Source: Sandaracinobacter sp. (GTDB lineage Bacteria; Pseudomonadota; Alphaproteobacteria; Sphingomonadales; Sphingomonadaceae). Taken from it: a DNA stretch of 59,403 nt. The stretch is taken from contig JBGTBK010000224.1 in assembly GCA_041749355.1 (NCBI GenBank), positions 1-59,403 of the forward strand, read 5' to 3'. Within the stretch, counting starts at the first letter, position 1, and the number at the start of each line of letters is the position of its first letter. Of this stretch, positions 52,746 through 59,403 are shown piece by piece. Below the pieces are notes generated by a model. That model searched no databases. It was given only the letters and a program-made list of their open reading frames with translations, and was not told the DNA's origin. Made by a program: the position numbers and the translations under genes.

Positions 52746-53843
52746 GTGTCCTCAAAGACACAGCCATTGGGGAGTGGACCGAAGCCTGAAGGCGACCCCC
52801 TTCAGCCGCGGGCGGAGCGTGCGCCGACCTCCTTCGACATCGCGCATCTGGCAGGTGTTTCGCAGCCGACCGTCAGCCGCGCGCTGTCGGGCTCGCCGAT
52901 GGTCTCGGAAGCGACGCGGCTGAGGATCGAGGCCATTGCCCGCCAGCTGAACTACAAGGTCGACAAGGCGGCCTCGTCGCTCAGGAAGCGCCGCTCGGAC
53001 ACCATCGCCCTCCTTTTCTTCGAGGATCCGACCGCCGACGAATCGCTGATCAACCCCTTCTTCGTTGCCATGCTGGGCTCGATCACGCGGGCGGCCAAGC
53101 GCGCGGGCTATGACCTTCTGGTCAGCTTCCAGCAGCTCTCCGACGACTGGCACAAGGACTATGAGGACAGCCACAAGGCCGACGGGCTGATCCTGCTCGG
53201 CTATGGCGACTGGGAGCTGTACCGCGAGCGGGTGAAGCAGCTGGCGGCGCAGGGCACGCGCTTTGCCCGCTGGGGATCGGTGGAAGCAGCGCAAGGTCTC
53301 GACCGGCTGGGCACCACCATCGGGTCCGACAACCGGGCCGGCGGGCGGATGGCCGCCGAGCATCTTATCGGGCTTAGCCGCCGCAACATCGCTTTCCTAG
53401 GCCATGCGGCAAGCAGCTATCCCGAGTTCGAAGCCCGCTTCCTGGGGGTTTTCGATGCACTTGCAGCAGCCGGCCTTCCCCCGCCGCTGCAGGCCGACGC
53501 CATCACCACCGAGGAGGCGGGCGCCGCCGCAACCCATGCTCTGATCGAATCCGGCGAGCCCTTCGATGCGATCGTCGCAGCCTCCGACCTGATCGCGATC
53601 GGGGCGATGCGCGCGCTCGCAGACCGGGACCTGAAGGTGCCCGGCGACATCGCCGTCACCGGCTTCGACGACATTCCGGCGGCCGCAAGCACCCGACCGC
53701 CGCTGACCACCGTGGTGCAGGACACCCAGCGCGCCGGCCAGCTCCTGGTCGATTCGGTGCGCGCCCAGATGGAAGGGCTGCCGGCGCCGGGCGAGATGCT
53801 GCCGACCCGGCTTCTGGTGCGGAGATCCTGCGGCGCAGCCTGA
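52746..53843 (+). CDS. LacI family transcriptional regulator (MalR/MalI-like)
   Basis: HTH TSFDIAHLAGVSQPTVSRAL, hinge AASSL, and sugar-binding domain motifs GFDD and PPLTTV. Confidence 0.93.
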   Translation: MSSKTQPLGSGPKPEGDPLQPRAERAPTSFDIAHLAGVSQPTVSRALSGSPMVSEATRLRIEAIARQLNYKVDKAASSLRKRRSDTIALLFFEDPTADESLINPFFVAMLGSITRAAKRAGYDLLVSFQQLSDDWHKDYEDSHKADGLILLGYGDWELYRERVKQLAAQGTRFARWGSVEAAQGLDRLGTTIGSDNRAGGRMAAEHLIGLSRRNIAFLGHAASSYPEFEARFLGVFDALAAAGLPPPLQADAITTEEAGAAATHALIESGEPFDAIVAASDLIAIGAMRALADRDLKVPGDIAVTGFDDIPAAASTRPPLTTVVQDTQRAGQLLVDSVRAQMEGLPAPGEMLPTRLLVRRSCGAA

Positions 53844-53954
53844 GGCCCCGTTGCCAGCGCCGGCGAATCGCGCCAGCCTCGCGCACGTGAAGGGCCCCGG
53901 GTATCCGGGATGCGAGGTGTTGCCCGGGCATCCGGGCGGGGATCGAGGATCAGG

Positions 53955-55448
53955 ATGGACACGGCGGCAACATCGGCCCGCATCGAACGGCCACGCCAGA
54001 GCTTCTGGGGACTGTGGAACCTGAGTTTCGGATTCTTCGGAATCCAGATCGGTTTTGCGCTGCAGAATGCCAATGTTTCCCGCATCTTCCAGTCGCTTGG
54101 TACATCGATAGATGATCTGGCGTTCCTCTGGATCGCCGGGCCCGTCACGGGCCTGCTGGTACAGCCCATCATCGGCTATTTCTCGGACCGGACCTGGACC
54201 CCGCTTGGCCGTCGCCGCCCCTATTTCCTGGCAGGTGCGCTGCTTGCGAGCCTTGCGCTTGTCGGCATGCCCAACTCGCAGGCGCTGTGGTTTGCGGCCG
54301 GGATGCTGTGGATCCTCGACGCGTCGCTGAACATCGCGATGGAGCCATTCCGCGCCTTCGTGGGCGACATGGTCTCGGAAAAACAACGCACTGCGGGCTA
54401 TGCCTTCCAGACTGTGTTCATTGGTGCCGGCGCTGTTGCGGCGAGCCTCGCGCCGGCCGTGCTCACGCAGGTCTTCGACGTGTCGAACGTGGCGCCCCCG
54501 GGCGAGGTCCCGCCCTCGGTGCGGCTGGCCTTCTACATCGGCGCAGCCTCGCTTCTGGTGGCCGTGCTGTGGACGGTGTTCACCACGCGCGAATACACGC
54601 CCGAACAGATGCAGGCCTTCGAAGGGACCAGCGCCCAGACCGCCGAGGAGGAGCCGCTTGCAACGCCGATCAACGGCTTCTGGTGGGCAACTGCCGGCGC
54701 CATCGTGGTCCTGCTGGTGGCGCAGCTCGGCCTCGACAAGCCGGTCTACATCCTTGGTGGCGCGCTGCTGCTCTATGGCGGGCTGCAGGAGTTCACCCGC
54801 CGCCGCGCGATTGCCGGGAAGCCGGCCGGCCCAGTCACCCAGATCATCTCGGACCTCACCCGGATGCCGGGCGCGATGAAGCGCCTGGCGCTGGTGCAGT
54901 TCTTCACCTGGATCGCGCTGTTCATATTGTGGATCTACTCGACCCCGGTGGTCACCCAGTACATGTATGGCACCACCGACACGGCATCGCGCGCCTTCAA
55001 CGATGGGGCGGACTGGGTGGGTGTGCTGTTTGGCATCTACAACGGGGTGGCCGCCCTCTATGCCTTTGCCCTGCCTGCGATTGCTGCAAGACTTGGGCGC
55101 AGCAACACGCACATCCTGGGGCTGCTGGCGGGGGCGGCCGGCTTTGCCCTGTTCCTGGTGATCCGCGATCCGATGTGGCTGATCGCGTCGATGGTGCTGA
55201 TCGGCATCGCCTGGGCGTCGATCCTGACCATGCCCTATGCCATCCTGTCGTCGGTTCTGCCGCAGGCGAAGCTGGGTGTGTTCATGGGGCTTTTCAACAT
55301 CTTCATCGTGCTTCCGCAGCTTCTGGTTTCAGCCGTGATGGGCAATGTGATGAAGCTGGCCTTCCCCGGGGAACCGATCTGGCTGATGGGGATTGCGTCG
55401 GCGATGCTGGTAGCGGCAGCATTCGCGATGCGGAGTGTGCGCCACTGA
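53955..55448 (+). CDS. MFS (GPH/SLC45-like) maltose/sucrose permease
   Basis: FGFFGIQ, QPIIGYFSDRTW...GRRRPY, DASLNIAMEPFRA and MGLFNIFIVLPQ motifs. ATG at 53955. Confidence 0.88.
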   Translation: MDTAATSARIERPRQSFWGLWNLSFGFFGIQIGFALQNANVSRIFQSLGTSIDDLAFLWIAGPVTGLLVQPIIGYFSDRTWTPLGRRRPYFLAGALLASLALVGMPNSQALWFAAGMLWILDASLNIAMEPFRAFVGDMVSEKQRTAGYAFQTVFIGAGAVAASLAPAVLTQVFDVSNVAPPGEVPPSVRLAFYIGAASLLVAVLWTVFTTREYTPEQMQAFEGTSAQTAEEEPLATPINGFWWATAGAIVVLLVAQLGLDKPVYILGGALLLYGGLQEFTRRRAIAGKPAGPVTQIISDLTRMPGAMKRLALVQFFTWIALFILWIYSTPVVTQYMYGTTDTASRAFNDGADWVGVLFGIYNGVAALYAFALPAIAARLGRSNTHILGLLAGAAGFALFLVIRDPMWLIASMVLIGIAWASILTMPYAILSSVLPQAKLGVFMGLFNIFIVLPQLLVSAVMGNVMKLAFPGEPIWLMGIASAMLVAAAFAMRSVRH

Positions 55449-55464
55449 TCGCCGCAGAGCGGCT

Positions 55465-57000
55465 CTAGGCCGCAAAGCTTTCGGGTTCGGCGCGGCAGTG
55501 GGCTGCGATCCAGTCGGCGTGGGTTGGGGCTTCAGCGGCGACTGACGTGATGGCGTCGCGAAGCTGCGCGAGCCGCTTGGCCCCGGGAACAAACTGCGCC
55601 CGGTGCGCGACCAGCGGGTCCGGACTGCGGGGCAGATTGCCCTGCCCCACATGGACTGCGAGCCAGTTCGGGTTCTGGAACAGCTCATAGCCGTCCGACA
55701 CGAGGCGTCCGTGGCTGGCGAACTGGGCGATGCGGTTGGCGAGGTTGTCGGGCACCGCCTGTTGGGCAGCGTGGCGCCACAGCTCGCCGTCGGTGCGGCG
55801 GTTCAAATGGTAGTGGAGGATCAGGAAGTCGCGGATCCGCTCCCACTCGGTTTGCGTAGTGCGGTTGTATTCGTCGCGCACATGGGGGGCGAAATCGCGA
55901 TCGGGGAACAGCGCGAGCAGGCGGGTGATTCCGGTTTGGATCAGGTGGAGGCTGGTCGATTCGAGCGGCTCCAGGAAGCCGGCCGCGAGCCCGATCGCGA
56001 CCACATTGCCGCGCCAGGCCTGCCGCCGCCCGGCCTTGAAGGTGAGGAGGCGGGGTTCGGCAAGCGGCTTGCCGTCGACATGGGCGAGCAGGATGTCGCG
56101 CGCCTCTTCCTCCCCCAACAGCGCGCTACAAAAGACATGGCCGTTGCCGGTGCGGTGCTGCAGCGGGATGCGCCACTGCCAGCCGGCCTTGTGCGCGATG
56201 GAGCGGGTGTAGGGCGTGAAATCGGCACTGTTTTCGGTCGGTACGGCAATCGCCCGGTCGCAGGGTAGCCAGTGCGACCAGTCCTCGAAACCGGCGTCGA
56301 GCGCGCCCTCGATCAAGAGCGCGCGGAAGCCCGAGCAATCGATGAACAAGTCGGCTGCCACACGGACACCATCGGCCAGCACCACCTCGCGGACATGGCC
56401 ACTGTTTCCGTCGATCTCGGCGGAAAGCACCTGCCCCTCGATCCGTCGGACCCCCAGCTTTTCGCCATGCGCCCTGAGGAAACGACCGTAAAGCATTGCA
56501 TCGAAATGATAGGCATAGTCGTGGGTGGACTGCACCAGCCGCGGGTCGCGGGTGGGTGGAAGGAAGCGGCCGGCCTTGGCAAGGCCCCAGGCCATGCTGT
56601 GTTCGTCGAGCGCAGGCGCCTCTCCGGAGGCATGGGCCTTGGCCCACCAATGGTGCAGGGGCACGGCGTCGAAGTCGGTGCCGTGGGAGCCGAAGGGATG
56701 GAAATAGCGGTTGCCCTGCCAGCCCCAGTTCACGAACTGGATGCCCAGCTTGAACGAGCCCTGGGTGGCGGCAACGAATTCGCTCTCGCTGAGCCCTAGC
56801 TGCTGGTTGAACAGGCGGATCGGCGGGATCGTCGCCTCGCCGACTCCGACGATTCCGATTTCCTGCGATTCGATCAGCGTGATGCGGGCGGTGCTGCCCT
56901 TCCCCAGGCCGAGCCCGTTGGCGAGCGCGGCAGCGGCCATCCAGCCGGCCGAGCCGCCGCCGACAATCACCACGTCCCGGATGCGCCGGTCGGTCGTCAT
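55465..57000 (-). CDS. Tryptophan halogenase family flavin-dependent halogenase (second copy)
   Basis: GGGSAG, GVGEAT, SFKLGIQF, GWQWRIPL and FLEPLEST motifs. Confidence 0.9.
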   Translation of the reverse strand: MTTDRRIRDVVIVGGGSAGWMAAAALANGLGLGKGSTARITLIESQEIGIVGVGEATIPPIRLFNQQLGLSESEFVAATQGSFKLGIQFVNWGWQGNRYFHPFGSHGTDFDAVPLHHWWAKAHASGEAPALDEHSMAWGLAKAGRFLPPTRDPRLVQSTHDYAYHFDAMLYGRFLRAHGEKLGVRRIEGQVLSAEIDGNSGHVREVVLADGVRVAADLFIDCSGFRALLIEGALDAGFEDWSHWLPCDRAIAVPTENSADFTPYTRSIAHKAGWQWRIPLQHRTGNGHVFCSALLGEEEARDILLAHVDGKPLAEPRLLTFKAGRRQAWRGNVVAIGLAAGFLEPLESTSLHLIQTGITRLLALFPDRDFAPHVRDEYNRTTQTEWERIRDFLILHYHLNRRTDGELWRHAAQQAVPDNLANRIAQFASHGRLVSDGYELFQNPNWLAVHVGQGNLPRSPDPLVAHRAQFVPGAKRLAQLRDAITSVAAEAPTHADWIAAHCRAEPESFAA

Positions 57001-57174
57001 CCCTCTCCCCTCCGCTTATCCTGCCTGCCCATCGCTGCCACAGGGCGGGCCATGGGCAAAGGGAATTGCTTGCGGGCCTGTTGCGGCAAACCCCCCATAG
57101 CCTCCTGTTGCGGCGGGCGCGCCCCTTGGGTAACAGGGGGGCAACCCAGTGCCAATCACCGCAAAGGCTCGCCC

Positions 57175-57840
57175 GTGGCATCCGCCGTTTCCGCCTCTCC
57201 GCTCGCTGCCCGCGAAGCCATGATCGACAGCCAGCTGAAGCCCTGCGGAGTCGTGTCCGTGCGGACCGTTTCGGCCTTCTATGCCGTGGCGCGCGAGGAT
57301 TTCGTTCCGGCCGCCCGCCGCGGCGTTGCCTATGTGGATGCGGCGCATCCGCTGGGCGGGGGCCGCGAGCTGATGGCGCCGCTGTCGCTTGGGCTTCTGG
57401 TGGAACAGGCCGCCGTGCAACCGGGCGAGCGGGTTCTGATCGTCGGTGCCGGCACGGGCTATTCGGCGGCGATCCTGTCCGAACTCGGCGCCTCGGTGAC
57501 GGCGCTGGAAAGCGATTCCGGGCTAGCCGCTGCGGCGCGGACGGCCCTTGCCGGGCGCACGAATGTCGAGATTGTCGAGGGTCCGCTGGAGGCCGGTGTG
57601 CCGGCCAACGCGCCCTACACGCTCATCCTGATCGACGGGGCAGTCGAAATACTGCCCGATAGCCTGATCGCGCAGCTGGCCGAGGGGGGCCGGCTGTTTG
57701 CGATAACCCATGGCAGCGATGGCGTCAGCCGCGCCGCCAAGGGGCTCAAACGCGCGGGGATCGTGCCGTTGGAGCCCTTTGGCGAGGCGGCAGCAGCCCT
57801 CCTGCCGCCCTTCCGGAAGCCTCCGGCCTTCCGCTTCTGA
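57175..57840 (+). CDS. pcm: Protein-L-isoaspartate O-methyltransferase family protein
   Basis: MIDSQL, REDFVP, VLIVGAGTGYS, ILIDGAV and QLAEGGRL motifs. GTG start at 57175 inferred. Confidence 0.88.
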   Translation: MASAVSASPLAAREAMIDSQLKPCGVVSVRTVSAFYAVAREDFVPAARRGVAYVDAAHPLGGGRELMAPLSLGLLVEQAAVQPGERVLIVGAGTGYSAAILSELGASVTALESDSGLAAAARTALAGRTNVEIVEGPLEAGVPANAPYTLILIDGAVEILPDSLIAQLAEGGRLFAITHGSDGVSRAAKGLKRAGIVPLEPFGEAAAALLPPFRKPPAFRF

Positions 57841-57851
57841 AAGCCCCCCTC

Positions 57852-59237
57852 ATGCGCCACTTGTTTCTGATTGCTGCCGCCGTGATTGCGGCCCCGGTTT
57901 CTGCGCAGACCCTGCAAGACGCTATCGCTGCCGCCTATTCCGCCAACCCGCAGGTGGCGGCTGCCCGCGCGCAGCTGCGCCAACTGGACGAGACGGTTCC
58001 GATCGTGTCGGCCGGAACGCGCCCGAGCATCGGCGTTTCGGGCACATTCAACCAGGACCTCAACGAGAATTTCGGGGATTTCGGCCAGACCTGGCGGGCC
58101 GGTGTCAGCATCAACCAGGCGATCTGGGAGGGCGGCCGGATCCGCGCCGACCTGTCGGCTGCAACCGCCCGCATCGAGGCGGCCCGCGCCCGGCTGATTG
58201 CAATCGAATATCAGGTGATCGTGCAGACGGTGACGGCCTATGCCGATGTGCTCCGCACGCGCGAATTCGTCCGCCTGAACGAGAATCAGGTGAAGGTGCT
58301 GGAACAGCAGCTTCGCGCCTCGCGCGACCGGTTCGAGGTGGGCGACCTGACCCGCACCGACGTCGCCCAGTCCGAAGCGCGGCTTGCAGCGGCGCAGGCG
58401 AATTTCATGCAGTCGCGCGCCCAGCAGGTCCAGGCCCAGCAGGCCTATGAGCGGCTGGTTGGCAGCCCGCCGACCAACCTCGCCCCCCTGCCCCCGCCGC
58501 CGCCAGTGCCTGCCAACGAAGTGGAGGCCCGCGACATGGCGCTGTCCACCAACCCGGACCTGACAGCCGCCCGGCTGGAGGAAAAGGCCGCCAAGTCCGA
58601 TGTGCTCTCGGCCAAGCGGTCCCGGCTGCCGAGCGTCGGCGTGGAGGCGGCCGGCGGCTACACCAAGACGACAGGGATCGTCTTCGGCTTCACCGGCTTC
58701 AATTCGCGCATCGGCGTCAGCGCCACCGTTCCGCTGTTCACGGGCGGCCTTGTGGCAGCCCAGGTGCGCCAGGCCCAGGCGCGGCAGAGCGAGACGCTGG
58801 AGGTCATCACCCAGTCCGAACGGCTGGTGGCCGAGGCCGCAGCCAACAGCTGGGTTCAGCTGAAGACTTCGGAAGCGGTGATCGAGTCCTCGAAGGTGCA
58901 GGTTAGCGCAAACGCGCTGGCCAGCGAAGGCGTCCGGCGCGAGAATGAAGTGGGAAGCCGCGACATCCTGGATGTGCTGAACGCGGAACAGGAGCTTCTG
59001 AATGCCCGGGTCACGCTGGTCCAGGCCGAGCGCGACCGCTATGTGGCGATCTACCAGTTGCTGGAAACCATCGGGCGACTGGAGCCTGTGCTGGAGGGCG
59101 CTGCGGTGAACCGCTATGATCCTGCGGTCAACGCCCGCCGGGTGGCTGGCAAGGGCTTTGCCGATTTCGGCTATGATCCCGACCCCCGGACGGATCGTGC
59201 GCGCAACACCGCGCCGATCGTCGGCCCGCAACCGTGA
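57852..59237 (+). CDS. tolC: TolC family outer membrane protein
   Basis: Signal peptide; RFEVGDLTRTDV and GSRDILDVLNAEQEL repeats. Confidence 0.93.
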   Translation: MRHLFLIAAAVIAAPVSAQTLQDAIAAAYSANPQVAAARAQLRQLDETVPIVSAGTRPSIGVSGTFNQDLNENFGDFGQTWRAGVSINQAIWEGGRIRADLSAATARIEAARARLIAIEYQVIVQTVTAYADVLRTREFVRLNENQVKVLEQQLRASRDRFEVGDLTRTDVAQSEARLAAAQANFMQSRAQQVQAQQAYERLVGSPPTNLAPLPPPPPVPANEVEARDMALSTNPDLTAARLEEKAAKSDVLSAKRSRLPSVGVEAAGGYTKTTGIVFGFTGFNSRIGVSATVPLFTGGLVAAQVRQAQARQSETLEVITQSERLVAEAAANSWVQLKTSEAVIESSKVQVSANALASEGVRRENEVGSRDILDVLNAEQELLNARVTLVQAERDRYVAIYQLLETIGRLEPVLEGAAVNRYDPAVNARRVAGKGFADFGYDPDPRTDRARNTAPIVGPQP

Positions 59238-59403
59238 ACGAGAGCCCGTTGACCCGAAAGACCCTCGATCCGAATCTCGCGTCCATTCTCGACTCCATCC
59301 GCGCGACGGTTGGCGGCGAAGCCCCTGCCCCGGCGCCCGAGCCGGTTGCGGCGTTGCCGGCAAACGAACTCGAGCCGGATGACACGCCGGAGGACCAACC
59401 CGC
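59234..59403 (+). CDS. popZ: PopZ/DUF2497-like protein, 3'-truncated by the window edge
   Basis: GTGA overlap with the tolC stop. Translates as MNESPLTRKTLDPNLASILDSIRATVGG followed by a Pro/Glu/Asp-rich stretch; fits pcm-tolC-popZ order. Confidence 0.7.
   Translation, partial: MNESPLTRKTLDPNLASILDSIRATVGGEAPAPAPEPVAALPANELEPDDTPEDQP

Noticed and set aside
50665-52923. 752-aa plus-strand ORF (likewise 46678..48591, 47880..49760, 37700..39301, 19547..21178, 22158..23774, 53397..55112, 57615..59363)
   Set aside because: All lie antisense to well-supported genes and lack domain signatures.
57001-57174. Riboswitch or structured leader (CCTGTTGCGGC occurs twice; GGCAAA motifs)
   Set aside because: I could not fit a c-di-GMP or other known aptamer fold; short repeats are plausible by chance at this GC content.

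Overview
GC-rich alphaproteobacterial chromosome segment. Gene content and order suggest Sphingomonadales, which is an inference. It is mostly core genome: tyrA (partial), recX, fatty acyl-AMP ligase, ubiA, pmbA, mrp, hflKC-degP, HerA-like ATPase, ileS-lspA, bfr, the chvI-chvG-hprK-rapZ-EIIA-HPr cluster divergent from pckA, an SbtA-like transporter plus beta-carbonic anhydrase, eno / ftsB-pdhABC-lpdA and tRNA-Cys. A ~20-kb carbohydrate block follows: TonB receptor, flavin halogenase, two GH13, GH97, zwf-pgl-edd-glk-eda, a divergent LacI regulator, an MFS permease and a second halogenase. The window ends with pcm-tolC-popZ (partial). No transposase, integrase, phage or CRISPR was seen. The most notable observations: (1) one LacI-type operator, G[AC]ATACG[TA][AT]TGC, recurs in four intergenic regions (pckA, pdhA, zwf, TonB receptor/LacI), suggesting a maltodextrin-locus regulator that also controls central carbon metabolism; (2) two motif-intact flavin-dependent halogenases sit in or next to a starch-use locus; (3) a 144-bp nested palindrome with compensatory base changes lies between bfr and HPr; (4) a minimal PEP-CTERM protein with a sigma54-like promoter interrupts eno-ftsB; (5) an orphan AT-rich promoter-like tract and hairpin lie after tRNA-Cys. 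All calls come from reading motifs by eye; no database searches were run, and several start codons are my choice.
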